Positions 17,509 through 29,227 of a stretch of DNA of 53,266 nt are shown here, piece by piece (the stretch's first letter is position 1; each line of letters starts with the position of its first letter). A program made the position numbers and the translations under genes. The notes under the pieces were generated by a model that made no database searches, was not told the origin of the DNA, and saw nothing but the letters and a program-made list of their open reading frames with translations. Source of the stretch: Clostridia bacterium (lineage in GTDB: Bacteria > Bacillota > Clostridia > Oscillospirales > CAG-272); NCBI GenBank assembly GCA_017505745.1, contig JAFVOP010000018.1, positions 1 to 53,266 on the forward strand. The letters run 5' to 3'.

Positions 17509-18606
17509 TTACGGATGTTCCTTCATGTAGTCGCGCACGGCGCTTGCAAAGCATTGCCCAAAGACGTACATCGTATCGCGATTGACCACTCTACCATCGG
17601 GTAACCCGAAGTAAGGAGTCTCCAGCACCACCGCGAGCTTATTTTCGGGCTTTACCGCCATATACCGCGCAAAATTGGCATTGGTACTTTGGTTCCAGCC
17701 GTTATCCGCCGGCCAGTTATCCGCAGGATCGTACGGGATTGCATCAGGCGTGATCTTCGAGGCAAATATTTCTGAGAAACGATCGTAGCGCGGAGCCTCC
17801 TCCACGTAATTGTAAGGAATGTGCACCCGATCGTTGATATCGCCGCAATGCTTGGGAGAATGGAAATCAAAGGCAAGCACAATTTGGTTGGTGTCGGCAA
17901 TATGCCGGATCGCCGCACAGGTGTGATAAATACTGGGGGTCTTGTCAAGCTTATAATCGCGACAATGATCCCATGGCAAGCGGTGCTTTCCCTGGTCACC
18001 GTCCACTACGCCATCGTAATCGGCAAACGGAATGGCGATGATCTCATATCCCTCGAGGGGGTTATTGATGAAGGACTGGAACACCGATTCCAAAACGTAG
18101 CTTCCCGTGCTCTCGCAGGCGTGATGACGCGAGGTGATCAGCATTTTTTTGTCTCCCGCCCCAAAGCGGGCGTAAGGAACGCTTCGCCCCTTATTGGAAA
18201 GACAAAGCTCCTCGATCTTTAAGCCGTTGCGGCGACAGAATGCCTCAAAACGGGCAGGTGTATACAGCATATTGTAGCAAAAATAGACCTCGTTCTCGTC
18301 CGCGCCAAACGTATAGACGAAGGCTTCATAATCGGTGCCGTCGGCCTCTTGCCAGATCTTACGGTTTCCCGTCCATTGCCACGAATCCAAATCGGTGGAA
18401 ACGGCAGCCCCCCAATATCCAACGCGGTTGACGTGAGGAAACTGAAAGGTGACGGTTTTTCCGGCAGCCCCGGTTACACGAAACGCCCAATAAAACCAAT
18501 CGCGATCGGCTCGGGTATCGCGTAGCTCATTTGCCAAAGTAACGGTGTCCTCCCGAATATCCAGAACTTCAATATTTCCACTCACAAAATCACGGTCAAT
18601 CTTCAT
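17509..18606 (-). CDS. M14-family zinc carboxypeptidase-like protein
   Basis: WFYWAF N-terminal segment, RHHACE (HxxE), DGVVDG, DFHS. Confidence 0.8.
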   Translation of the reverse strand: MKIDRDFVSGNIEVLDIREDTVTLANELRDTRADRDWFYWAFRVTGAAGKTVTFQFPHVNRVGYWGAAVSTDLDSWQWTGNRKIWQEADGTDYEAFVYTFGADENEVYFCYNMLYTPARFEAFCRRNGLKIEELCLSNKGRSVPYARFGAGDKKMLITSRHHACESTGSYVLESVFQSFINNPLEGYEIIAIPFADYDGVVDGDQGKHRLPWDHCRDYKLDKTPSIYHTCAAIRHIADTNQIVLAFDFHSPKHCGDINDRVHIPYNYVEEAPRYDRFSEIFASKITPDAIPYDPADNWPADNGWNQSTNANFARYMAVKPENKLAVVLETPYFGLPDGRVVNRDTMYVFGQCFASAVRDYMKEHP

Positions 18607-18720
18607 GAAAGCACCCTTCCTTCATCATTCATAATGTATTTTTCAGGTCTCGGACAGGATCATTCGAGAATACTACAATTGTACCACCTACACATCACAG
18701 ATACAATATACTTTTTTACG

Positions 18721-18816
18721 AATATCATATATTATTTTAAAAATCGGATTTACATTCAATCAAAAATCGATCATTTTCGAAATCATTCAATCAAAAACCG
18801 CGATCGCGCAATCAAA
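18721..18816 (-). promoter_or_regulatory. Putative AraC-type direct-repeat operator and -10 upstream of the M14 peptidase gene
   Basis: CATTCAATCAAAAA at 18753 and 18784, CAATCAAA at 18809; ATATGATATT on the minus strand at 18730-18721. Confidence 0.5.
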
Positions 18817-18976
18817 TCGTCTGCTGCATACAAAAGCAAGCCCCTTCGATGCAAAAGGATGTGGAACCGGTTTCAAAAAAGTCCGAGGTCCCCTCGCTCA
18901 GGAAGGGGTCCCCGGAAAATTCTGTATCAGGAAAGGCCCCCTATCAACAAAGTGGCCTTCCCCCTGGTATAACTCC

Positions 18977-20005
18977 TTATTCAATCTCCATGATCCATCC
19001 TTCGGGAGCCGGAACGGTTCCCATCTGGATGCCGCGAAGCGTATCGTAAAGCTTTTTGGTCACGGGGCCCATATCCTCCATGCCCGAGGGGAGACAGATC
19101 TCCTTGCCGTGGTCCACAATCTTGCCAACGGGCGAGATCACGGCGGCGGTGCCGCACAGGCCGCACTCGGCAAAGGATTCAAGCTCGGAAAGAGACACAG
19201 GGCGTTCCTCCACGGTCAGTCCCAGATAGTCGGCAGCCACCTGTACCAGAGAGCGGCGCGTGATAGAGGGCAGGATCGACGAAGATTTCGGTGTGACGAC
19301 CTTGCCGTCCTTGGTAACAAACAGAATGTTGGCGCCACCGGTTTCTTCGATATAGGTACGCGTTCCGGGGTCCAGATAAACGTTCTCATCAAAACCCTTT
19401 TCATGTGCGTCCACGATCGCATGAAGGCTCATCGCGTAGTTGAGCCCCGCCTTGATGTGTCCGGTGCCGCGCGGTGCGGCACGGTCAAAATCGCTGATGC
19501 GAACCGTAAGAGGACGGACACCGCCCTTGAAATAAGGTCCCACAGGCGTTGCAAACACGCGGAATTGATACTCCGAAGCGGGCTTAACGCCGATGACAGG
19601 ATTACTTCCAAACATATAGGGACGCAGATACAGTGAGGCGCCCGAGCCATAAGGCGGAACCCATTCGCGGTTTGCCGCAACCGTCTTTTTTACGGCCTCC
19701 AGAAACCGCTCCTTCGGAAAGGCAGGCATTTCCATCCGCTCGCAGGAGTCGATCATTCGCTCGGCGTTGAGATCGGGGCGGAAGCACACGATCCGTCCGT
19801 CGGAGGTGGTATAGGCCTTGAGGCCCTCAAAGCAGGTCTGCGCGTATTGCAGTACCCCTGCGCACTCGTTCATCACAATGGTCTCGTTTCCCGTGAGGGT
19901 ACCGTCATCCCATTGCCCATCCTTGTAATTGGAAACGTAACGCCAATCGGTCTTTACGTATCCAAAGCCCAAATTGCTCCAATCGATATTCTTAGCGCAC
20001 ATCAT
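18977..20005 (-). CDS. ilvE: Branched-chain amino acid aminotransferase
   Basis: LQYAQTCFEGLKAY, SLYLRP, IKAGLNYA (PLP lysine), EETGGAN, ILPSITR, GTAAVISP. Confidence 0.96.
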   Translation of the reverse strand: MMCAKNIDWSNLGFGYVKTDWRYVSNYKDGQWDDGTLTGNETIVMNECAGVLQYAQTCFEGLKAYTTSDGRIVCFRPDLNAERMIDSCERMEMPAFPKERFLEAVKKTVAANREWVPPYGSGASLYLRPYMFGSNPVIGVKPASEYQFRVFATPVGPYFKGGVRPLTVRISDFDRAAPRGTGHIKAGLNYAMSLHAIVDAHEKGFDENVYLDPGTRTYIEETGGANILFVTKDGKVVTPKSSSILPSITRRSLVQVAADYLGLTVEERPVSLSELESFAECGLCGTAAVISPVGKIVDHGKEICLPSGMEDMGPVTKKLYDTLRGIQMGTVPAPEGWIMEIE

Positions 20006-20021
20006 TTTGCATCCTTTCATT

Positions 20022-20393
20022 TTATACTTCGGCAATGACTTCCACTTCCACCAAAGCGCCCTTGGGAAGCGCGGCAACCGCCACGCAGCTGCGCGCGGGC
20101 TTTTCGGTGAAGTACTTGCCGTACACCTCATTGAACACCGCAAAATCCGCAATGTCCCGGAGGAAACAGGTGGTCTTTACAGCCTTGGCATAGGAGCTGC
20201 CAGCCGCTTCAAGAACGGCGCCCAGATTTTTCATGACCTGTTCGGTCTGGGCGCGCACGTCGCCTTGGATGAGGTCTCCTACGGCAGGGTCGATGGCGAT
20301 CTGCCCCGAGGTGTATACCAGATTTCCCACGATCATGGCCTGCGAATAAGGGCCGATCGCCGCGGGGGCTTTTTCGGTTGCTACTTTTTTCAT
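20022..20393 (-). CDS. ridA: RidA (YjgF/YER057c) enamine/imine deaminase
   Basis: [32 protein letters not shown]. Confidence 0.93.
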   Translation of the reverse strand: MKKVATEKAPAAIGPYSQAMIVGNLVYTSGQIAIDPAVGDLIQGDVRAQTEQVMKNLGAVLEAAGSSYAKAVKTTCFLRDIADFAVFNEVYGKYFTEKPARSCVAVAALPKGALVEVEVIAEV

Positions 20394-20410
20394 GATTATC
20401 TCCTTTTTTA

Positions 20411-21604
20411 TCAGATCAGACGGAATCCGGCACCGGTGAGGGCCTCGCGGATCTGCTTGATGTGTTCAAAATTACGGGTTTCGAGAATGATGCGCAGATA
20501 ACAGCCGTTGACGTCCGAGCCCTCGTTGGCGCGCTCATGATGTACCGAGGTCACGTTTCCGCCCAGATCGGCAATGATCGCGGAAACGTCCTTGAGCTGA
20601 CCGGGCTTGTCAACCAGCTCGATCATCAGCTGACAGGTACGTCCCGACATGAGCAATCCGCGACGGATCACGCGGGAAAGAATGGTAACGTCGATGTTTC
20701 CGCCCGAAAGCAGACACACCACCTTTTTGCCCATGACTTCAACCTTCCCAAACATAGCCGCCGCTACTGCAGCAGCGCCCGCGCCCTCGGTAACCAACTT
20801 TTGCTGTTCCATCAGCGCAAGGATCGCTGCCGAGATCTCGTCATCACTCACGGTAACGATCCCGTCCACGTATTCCTTGCAAATTTCATACGTCAGGCTT
20901 CCCGGCTTTTTCACCGCAATACCGTCGGCAATCGTAGAAACGCTTGCCAGCTCTTCGATCTCGCCGTCGCGCACCGAATTTGCCATCGAGGGAGCCCCCT
21001 GCGCCTGTGCGCCATAGACCTTGATGTCTGGCTTGATCATTTTGAGCGTGTACGCAATGCCGGAAATCAGTCCGCCGCCGCCAATGGGTACGATCACCGC
21101 ATCCATATCGGCGATCTGCTCCATCAGCTCCAGCGCAATGGTTCCCTGCCCCGCGATCACATCCTCATCGTCAAAGGGGTGAATAAAGGTATAGCCCTTT
21201 TCGTCACGGAGCTCCAATGCCTTTTTATAGGCGTCGTCGTAAACACCCTTGACCAGGCACACCTCGGCGCCGTAGCTCTTGGTTGCCTCCACCTTGGAGA
21301 TCGGCGCGCCGTCGGGCAAGCAGATCACCGCCTTGATGCCGTTTCGCTGCGCGGAAAGAGCCACGCCCTGCGCGTGATTTCCCGCCGAGCAGGCAATGAC
21401 ACCGCGTGACTTTTCGGCATCGGACAGGCGCGACATTTTATAGTAGGAGCCGCGCACCTTGAAGGAGCCCGTGATCTGCAGATTTTCGGTTTTTAAGTAG
21501 ATCTGCGCCCCGGGACAAAGCTTGGGCGCATAGATGACATCGGTTTTGCGAACCACGTCACGAAGCGCGTAGCTTGCGCGATATACGTTATCTAAGGTCA
21601 GCAT
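20411..21604 (-). CDS. ilvA: Threonine ammonia-lyase with C-terminal ACT domain
   Basis: [39 protein letters not shown]. Confidence 0.95.
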   Translation of the reverse strand: MLTLDNVYRASYALRDVVRKTDVIYAPKLCPGAQIYLKTENLQITGSFKVRGSYYKMSRLSDAEKSRGVIACSAGNHAQGVALSAQRNGIKAVICLPDGAPISKVEATKSYGAEVCLVKGVYDDAYKKALELRDEKGYTFIHPFDDEDVIAGQGTIALELMEQIADMDAVIVPIGGGGLISGIAYTLKMIKPDIKVYGAQAQGAPSMANSVRDGEIEELASVSTIADGIAVKKPGSLTYEICKEYVDGIVTVSDDEISAAILALMEQQKLVTEGAGAAAVAAAMFGKVEVMGKKVVCLLSGGNIDVTILSRVIRRGLLMSGRTCQLMIELVDKPGQLKDVSAIIADLGGNVTSVHHERANEGSDVNGCYLRIILETRNFEHIKQIREALTGAGFRLI

Positions 21605-21624
21605 TTTTTTACCTCTCTTATCCA

Positions 21625-22800
21625 TTACAGTAAACTGTCGATAAATTGCTCCGCGCAACGGGCGGAACGGTGACCGCGCCGCAGAGCAAACGCCTCGGCA
21701 TCGATCTCAAGCTTTTCGGTATCCACCGTAATATTCTTTTGTTTCGCCAACTCACGCACGATCTCCAGATAAAGCTTCTTATCAGGCTTTCCAAATTGAA
21801 TGGAAAGTCCGAAACGCGCGGAAAGCGACAGCAGCTCCTGCATCGTATCGTTGCGATGCACGTCCGAGCCCTCACGGTCGTCAAAGCACTCGCGCACGAT
21901 GTGCCGGCGGTTGCTGGTGGCGTAAATGACGGCATTTTTTGCCTTTGCCAACGCCGACCCCTCCAGGGCTGCCTTGAGCATGCTGAAGGTATCGTCGTTG
22001 CGGTTGAACGACAGGTCGTCGATAAAAATGATGAATTTCAGCGGATTGCCGCTGATCTGCTCCATCACGAACGGAAGCTGCTTCATCTGATCCTTGCGGA
22101 TCTCGATGAGGCGGATTCCTTCCTCAAACAGGTGATTGGCCACGGCCTTGACGGTGGAGGATTTGCCGGTTCCGGCATCTCCGTAAAGCAACACGTTGGC
22201 CGCGGGCCTTCCTTCCACAAAGGCGCGAGTGTTGGAAAGCACCCGTTCGCGCTCCTCGTGATATCCGATGAAGGAATCAAGCGTAACGGGATCGTAGGAA
22301 ACGATCGGCTCGATCTTGCGCTCCTCCACGTCGGACAGGCGGAACATCCCGCTTGTGGCAAAGATGCCGTATCCGTGCTTGTGGATCTCTGCCACGCGCG
22401 CGGCGTATGCGGTTCTGAGATCCACCGATTCAGAGGAGAACCCGGCCACCGGAGTCTCTCCAAGCAACGCGGCGAAATCGGACGGTTTGAGCGCCGCAAA
22501 TTCCGACAGCGTTTCCAGCTCGCGATCCACCGATGCCATAACGTTAGGATCGATGGAGGCATCCTTTGCAAGCGCCGTGACGTACACGTTTTCATTTTCA
22601 AAAACCAGCTTGCGCACGCATGCCGTTAAATTGCCGCCGCCTTGATAAATTGCATAGACGAAGCGACTGTACGCATCGATGCGCTCGGTGGTTTTCGCAA
22701 ACTCGAGGAATGCCCGAAGCATGGGAGTATCGAGCAACTCACGAAACACGCAAAGTGCCTGCAAGCGCCGGCAAAGCGTGGTTACGGTGTGATTTGACAT
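21625..22800 (-). CDS. DUF815-family AAA+ ATPase
   Basis: ANVLLYGDAGTGKSS, FIIFIDDLSF, LEGS, IYATSNRRH, SLSARFG, SARCAEQF. Confidence 0.88.
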   Translation of the reverse strand: MSNHTVTTLCRRLQALCVFRELLDTPMLRAFLEFAKTTERIDAYSRFVYAIYQGGGNLTACVRKLVFENENVYVTALAKDASIDPNVMASVDRELETLSEFAALKPSDFAALLGETPVAGFSSESVDLRTAYAARVAEIHKHGYGIFATSGMFRLSDVEERKIEPIVSYDPVTLDSFIGYHEERERVLSNTRAFVEGRPAANVLLYGDAGTGKSSTVKAVANHLFEEGIRLIEIRKDQMKQLPFVMEQISGNPLKFIIFIDDLSFNRNDDTFSMLKAALEGSALAKAKNAVIYATSNRRHIVRECFDDREGSDVHRNDTMQELLSLSARFGLSIQFGKPDKKLYLEIVRELAKQKNITVDTEKLEIDAEAFALRRGHRSARCAEQFIDSLL

Positions 22801-22809
22801 ATTTGCCTC

Positions 22810-23877
22810 TTAAATTTGTTCCAAAATTTTTGCGGTGATCTCCTCGGTGGAGAGATACGCTGCCCCGTGGGAAAGATCGGCCGTGCGATAGCCTGCGTTG
22901 AGGACGGCGTCTACCGCGCTTACGATCGCATCGGATTCTTTGGCAAGGCCAAAGGAATGCAGCAGCATCATAGCCGCCGAAAGGATGGTTGCGATCGGGT
23001 TTGCCTTGTGCTGGCCCGCAATGTCGGGAGCAGAACCGTGGATCGGCTCGTAAAGTCCTCTCGTTGTTTCTCCAAGAGATGCCGAGGGAAGCATTCCGAT
23101 CGAGCCCGTGATCTGCGAGGCCTCGTCAGAAAGGATGTCGCCAAACATATTTGAAGTGACTACCACGTCAAACTGCGCGGGGTTGCGTACCAATTGCATC
23201 GCGGCGTTGTCCACCAGCATGTCGCTGTATTCCACATCGGGATAGCGCTCGGCAGTTTCGTGCATGATCTTTCTCCAAAGTCTGGAGGACTCCAGTACGT
23301 TTGCTTTGTCGATGCTGGTAACCTTCTTCCCTCTCTTGCGCGCCGTTTCAAAGGCCACCTTGGCAATGCGTTCGATCTCCATGCGGCTATAGCACTCGGT
23401 ATCATAGGCCTCCTCGCCCCACTTCCCTTCGCGCATGCCGCGCTCACCGAAGTAGATGCCTCCCGTCAGCTCGCGGACGATCATAATATCAAATCCGTTC
23501 TCTACGATGTCGGCCCGCAGAGGACATTCGCCCTTGAGTGCCGGGTAGAGCTTTGCGGGGCGGAGATTGGTGAAGAGCCCCATTGCCGCGCGGATCCCGA
23601 GAAGTGCTTTTTCGGGGCGGATATTTCCGGGGAGCGTATCCCATTTGGGTCCGCCCACAGCACCCAAAAGCACACTGTCGGAAGCGAGGCAGCCCTCCAC
23701 GGTTTCCTTGGGCAGCGGTTCTCCGCAGGTATCGATCGCAATTCCGCCGATGAGATAAGGTGTGAACACGAACTCATGTCCAAACTTGTTTCCGATCGCC
23801 TCCAGCACCTTTACCGCGCTGTCCACGATCTCGGGACCGATGCCGTCCCCTTTGAGTAATGCAATGTTGTATCTCAT
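22810..23877 (-). CDS. leuB: 3-isopropylmalate dehydrogenase
   Basis: [51 protein letters not shown]. Confidence 0.97.
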   Translation of the reverse strand: MRYNIALLKGDGIGPEIVDSAVKVLEAIGNKFGHEFVFTPYLIGGIAIDTCGEPLPKETVEGCLASDSVLLGAVGGPKWDTLPGNIRPEKALLGIRAAMGLFTNLRPAKLYPALKGECPLRADIVENGFDIMIVRELTGGIYFGERGMREGKWGEEAYDTECYSRMEIERIAKVAFETARKRGKKVTSIDKANVLESSRLWRKIMHETAERYPDVEYSDMLVDNAAMQLVRNPAQFDVVVTSNMFGDILSDEASQITGSIGMLPSASLGETTRGLYEPIHGSAPDIAGQHKANPIATILSAAMMLLHSFGLAKESDAIVSAVDAVLNAGYRTADLSHGAAYLSTEEITAKILEQI

Positions 23878-24368
23878 TTGATGGCTCCTTTGCGGATCGA
23901 TTCCACGAGTCCGCCGTTCTGAATGATCGTTTGAATAAATGCCGGGAAGGGCTGGGTTTGGAATTGCTCGCCCGTGGTGCGGTTGTAGATCACACCCGCA
24001 TCCAGATCGGCCTCTATGCGGTCTCCTTCTCGGATCGCGTCCACCGCCTCGGGGCACTCAAGGATCGCAAGCCCGATGTTGATCGAGTTGCGGTAGAAGA
24101 TACGCGCAAAGCTCTTGGCGATGACCAGCGAAATACCGCTCTCCTTGATGGCGATCGGCGCGTGCTCACGCGAGGAGCCGCACCCGAAGTTGTAGCCCGC
24201 CACCATGATGTCGCCCGCCTCTACCTTGTCGGTAAAGGTTTTGTCGATGTCCTCCATGCAGTGGGAGGCCAGTTCTTTTTTATCGATGGTGTTGAGATAT
24301 CTTGCAGGGATGATGACGTCGGTATCGACGTTATCTCCGTATTTGATTGCTTTTCCGTTAAATTTCAT
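23874..24368 (-). CDS. leuD: 3-isopropylmalate dehydratase small subunit
   Basis: [34 protein letters not shown]. Confidence 0.97.
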   Translation of the reverse strand: MKFNGKAIKYGDNVDTDVIIPARYLNTIDKKELASHCMEDIDKTFTDKVEAGDIMVAGYNFGCGSSREHAPIAIKESGISLVIAKSFARIFYRNSINIGLAILECPEAVDAIREGDRIEADLDAGVIYNRTTGEQFQTQPFPAFIQTIIQNGGLVESIRKGAIK

Positions 24369-24388
24369 AGCCGATTGCTCCTTTCCGA

Positions 24389-25663
24389 TCACTCTGCTGC
24401 AATCACGCGGGGATCCGCGATCTTGCCCGCGATTGCGCTGGCCGCCGCCACGGCGGGGCTTGCAAGGTAGACCTCGGACTTGACGTCACCCATACGTCCC
24501 ACAAAGTTGCGGTTGGTGGTGGCCACGGCACGCTCGCCCGCGGCGAGAATACCCATGTGGCCTCCCAGGCAGGGACCGCAGGTGGGGGTGGAGACCACAC
24601 AGCCCGCCTCAATAAAGATCTTGAGCAATCCGTTTTCCATTGCCTTGAGGTAAATATCCTGCGTAGCGGGAATGATAATGGCGCGCACGTGGTCGGCAAT
24701 CCGTTTTCCCTTCAGAATCTCTGCCGCCTCGGCAAGGTCCTTGTAGTGACCGTTGGTGCAGGAGCCGATGACGATCTGATCGATGCGCACATCGCCCACG
24801 TTGTCGACGGTACGGGTGTTCTCGGGCAGATGCGGGAAGGCAACGGTGGGTTGGATTTCCGATAGATTGATCTCGTATGTTTCGTCATAAACGGCGTCGG
24901 GATCGGCGGTGTATACCGTGTAAGGCGTCTTGGCGCGTTCCTTGACGTATGCCAAGGTCTGCTCGTCAACCTCAAAAATGCCGTTCTTGGCGCCCGCCTC
25001 GATGGCCATGTTGGAAATGGTGAGTCGGTCATAGACCGTCAGAGACGAAACGCCTTCCCCCACAAATTCCATCGACTTATAAAGCGCGCCGTCCACACCG
25101 ATCTTGCCGATGATGTGCAAAATCACGTCCTTACCCGAGACGTAGCGGTTCAATGTTCCCTTCAGCACGAATCTGATCGCGGAGGGCACCTTGAACCACG
25201 CCTTTCCGGTAGCCATCCCGCACGCCATATCGGTAGAGCCTACGCCCGTGGAAAAGGCACCGAGGGCGCCGTAGGTACAGGTGTGCGAATCGGCTCCGAT
25301 GACTACGTCACCCGGCACCACCAAGCCTTTTTCGGGGAGCAGAGCATGCTCGATGCCCATGCGGCCCACGTCGTAAAAGTTCGTTACCTCGTATTGGTTG
25401 CAGAATTCACGGCACATCTTGCACTGTACTGCTGCCTTGATATCCTTGTTGGGGGCGAAGTGGTCCATGACCATCGTCACCTTTTCTTTATCGTAGACCT
25501 CCTTGGCGCCGATGCGCTCAAATTCGCGAATCGCCACGGGGGAGGTAATATCGTTGCCGAGGACGCGGTCGACGTTGACCAGGATCAACTGCCCCGCTTC
25601 CACAGATGCGAGTCCCGCGTGTGCCGCAAGGATCTTTTGCGTCATTGTCATTTTCGTAGACAT
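24389..25663 (-). CDS. leuC: 3-isopropylmalate dehydratase large subunit
   Basis: [32 protein letters not shown]. Confidence 0.97.
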   Translation of the reverse strand: MSTKMTMTQKILAAHAGLASVEAGQLILVNVDRVLGNDITSPVAIREFERIGAKEVYDKEKVTMVMDHFAPNKDIKAAVQCKMCREFCNQYEVTNFYDVGRMGIEHALLPEKGLVVPGDVVIGADSHTCTYGALGAFSTGVGSTDMACGMATGKAWFKVPSAIRFVLKGTLNRYVSGKDVILHIIGKIGVDGALYKSMEFVGEGVSSLTVYDRLTISNMAIEAGAKNGIFEVDEQTLAYVKERAKTPYTVYTADPDAVYDETYEINLSEIQPTVAFPHLPENTRTVDNVGDVRIDQIVIGSCTNGHYKDLAEAAEILKGKRIADHVRAIIIPATQDIYLKAMENGLLKIFIEAGCVVSTPTCGPCLGGHMGILAAGERAVATTNRNFVGRMGDVKSEVYLASPAVAAASAIAGKIADPRVIAAE

Positions 25664-25687
25664 CTCTGTAAGCCCTCTCTGTATCGG

Positions 25688-27349
25688 TTATTTGTTGATG
25701 ATCGCGCCCTGATCGGCCGAGCTGACCATCATGGCGTAGCGTTTGAGATAACCCGTGATGTTGTCTTTTTTCTTGATCGGCATTTCGGCACGGCGCTTTG
25801 CCAGCTCCTCGTCGGATACCTTAAGCTCGATGCGGTATTCGGGGATGTTGATTGAAATGAGATCGCCGTCCTTGACGTAAGCGATCGTACCGCCGCTGAC
25901 TGCCTCGGGAGATACGTGCCCGATCGACGCGCCGCGCGTTGCACCCGAGAAGCGTCCGTCGGTGATCAGCGCCACGTCCTTATCCAGTCCCATGCCCGCA
26001 ATCGCAGAGGTGGGAGAAAGCATCTCACGCATTCCGGGGCCGCCCGCGGGACCCTCGTAGCGGATCACCACCACGTCGCCCTTCACGATCTTGCCACCGT
26101 AAATGGCCGCAATGCATTCCTCTTCGCTTTCAAATACCTTTGCAGGGCCCTCGTGCACCAGCATTTCGGGCGCGACCGCGCTTCTCTTGACCACGCATCC
26201 GTCGGGAGCGAGATTGCCGCGCAGAACTGCAATACCGCCGGTCTTGCTATAAGGATTTTCCACGGTACGGATCACGGTGTCGTCGAGGTTCTGTGCCGCC
26301 TCAATATTTTCTCCCAGCGTTTTGCCGGTGCAGGTCATCACCGAGGTATCGAGCAGTCCGAGCTTGGTCAGCTCCTTGAGCACCGCGTACACACCGCCCG
26401 CCTCGTTGAGGTCCTCCATGTAGGTGGGACCCGCAGGAGCCAGATGGCAGAGATTCGGCGTTTTTTCACTGATGCGGTTTACCTCGTCCAGACTGAACAG
26501 AACGCCGCACTCGTTGGCAATTGCCGGAAGATGGAGCATACTGTTGGTGGAGCATCCCAGCGCCATATCGGCAGTCACGGCGTTGCGGATCGCCGCTTCG
26601 GTCATGATGTCGCGCGGACGGATATTCTTTTTCACCAGCTCCATCACCTGCATGCCCGCGTGCTTGGCAAGCTCGATGCGCGCCGAGTAGACGGCAGGGA
26701 TCGTTCCGTTTCCGCGCAACCCCATACCCAGCACCTCCGTGAGGCAGTTCATAGAGTTTGCGGTGTACATGCCAGAGCAGGAGCCGCAGGTAGGACAGAC
26801 CTTGCGCTCGTATTCGCAAAGCTGCTCCTCGTTGATCTTCCCTGCCGTATAAGCGCCAACCGCCTCAAACATGCTCGAAAGGCTGCGCTTCTTGCCGCCC
26901 ACGCGTCCGGCCAGCATGGGGCCGCCACTGACGAATACCGTGGGGATGTTCAGTCTTGCCGCCGCCATGAGAAGGCCGGGGACGTTCTTGTCACAGTTGG
27001 GGATCATAACCAGCCCATCAAAGCCGTGCGCCATGACCATCGCCTCGGTGCTGTCGGCGATCAGGTCACGCGTAACGAGCGAATATTTCATTCCCACGTG
27101 TCCCATGGCAATGCCGTCGCACACCGTGATTGCGGGGAACATGATGGGGGTTCCTCCCGCCATGGCTACGCCGCGCTTGACGGCGTCGGTGATCTTATCA
27201 AGGTTCATATGCCCCGGCACGATCTCGTTATACGAGCTGACAATGCCGATCAGAGGGCGCGAAAGCTCCTCGTCGGTCAGTCCCAGCGCGTGGTAAAGCG
27301 AGCGATGGGGGGCGTTTTGAAATCCGTCAACAATCGTATCTTTTATCAT
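25688..27349 (-). CDS. ilvD: Dihydroxy-acid dehydratase
   Basis: [48 protein letters not shown]. Confidence 0.97.
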   Translation of the reverse strand: MIKDTIVDGFQNAPHRSLYHALGLTDEELSRPLIGIVSSYNEIVPGHMNLDKITDAVKRGVAMAGGTPIMFPAITVCDGIAMGHVGMKYSLVTRDLIADSTEAMVMAHGFDGLVMIPNCDKNVPGLLMAAARLNIPTVFVSGGPMLAGRVGGKKRSLSSMFEAVGAYTAGKINEEQLCEYERKVCPTCGSCSGMYTANSMNCLTEVLGMGLRGNGTIPAVYSARIELAKHAGMQVMELVKKNIRPRDIMTEAAIRNAVTADMALGCSTNSMLHLPAIANECGVLFSLDEVNRISEKTPNLCHLAPAGPTYMEDLNEAGGVYAVLKELTKLGLLDTSVMTCTGKTLGENIEAAQNLDDTVIRTVENPYSKTGGIAVLRGNLAPDGCVVKRSAVAPEMLVHEGPAKVFESEEECIAAIYGGKIVKGDVVVIRYEGPAGGPGMREMLSPTSAIAGMGLDKDVALITDGRFSGATRGASIGHVSPEAVSGGTIAYVKDGDLISINIPEYRIELKVSDEELAKRRAEMPIKKKDNITGYLKRYAMMVSSADQGAIINK

Positions 27350-27454
27350 ATTCGTTTGCTCCTTATGTTCGGTTTGCACTGTAAGAAATAAAGTTTTCAG
27401 AAGAAAACCGCATTTCTTACAAGACAAACGGGATATTTTTGAAGAGGACAACAG

Positions 27455-27620
27455 CCATGGCAAACTAATCTTATGGAGCGTTTTGGGTGGCGGTACCAAA
27501 ACGCCGGAGGTAGCTATTGTTTATCTGAAGCGATCTACCTTGCCCAATTTAGCACATAACTTTTTAGGATCAAGTTTTTGGAGGGCGTGGGAACCTTTTT
27601 TCAAAAAGGTTCCCACAAAA
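27455..27620 (-). repeat. Dispersed bipartite palindromic element (copy 1, ilvC-ilvD spacer)
   Basis: Palindrome at 27587-27616 plus a 29-mer at 27476-27504 that is the exact reverse complement of 53033-53061, plus CCATGG. Confidence 0.85.
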
Positions 27621-27640
27621 ACCGCGTCCTCTCGTGCCAA

Positions 27641-28672
<1,032 letters not shown>

Positions 28673-28711
28673 TTATTTCACGAAAAATAGATTTTATTTT
28701 TGATTTCCTGA

Positions 28712-29218
28712 TTATTTGTTTAGCAACGTATTGCTTCCGCGTTCCAGCGCCACAATACCCGTACGGCACATCTCAATGATGATCCCGTAAAAGTTCATCA
28801 GCTTGATAAAGGCATCAATCTTGGAGGGGTCGCCCGTGATCTCGATGCACATCCCGTCCACCGTATAGTCGATGACCTTCGCGCGGTAAACATCCACCGC
28901 GGAAAGCACCTCGGCGCGATACTCGGCGGTATTTTTGACCTTGATCAGCATCAGCTCCCGCTGGATGCAATCCTCCTCCAGAACCTCCACCTTTTTGACG
29001 TTGTAAAGCTTGCGAAGCTGGTTGATCAGCTGTTCCCTTGCATAGCCGTCCCCGCTGAGCGAGATGGTAATACGGGAATAGGCGGGAGACTCGGTCTCAC
29101 CAACGGTCAAGGCGTCGATGTTAAAGCCGCGACGGGTAAACATACTGGTCACGCGTGTCAGAACACCGAATTGGTTGTCAACGTACACGGCAATTACGAA
29201 TTGATTTTTCTTATCCAT
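28712..29218 (-). CDS. ilvN: Acetolactate synthase small subunit
   Basis: VDNQFGVLTRV..FTRRGFNIDALTVG ACT domain; RELMLIKV. Confidence 0.95.
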   Translation of the reverse strand: MDKKNQFVIAVYVDNQFGVLTRVTSMFTRRGFNIDALTVGETESPAYSRITISLSGDGYAREQLINQLRKLYNVKKVEVLEEDCIQRELMLIKVKNTAEYRAEVLSAVDVYRAKVIDYTVDGMCIEITGDPSKIDAFIKLMNFYGIIIEMCRTGIVALERGSNTLLNK

Positions 29219-29227
29219 GCTCTCGCC

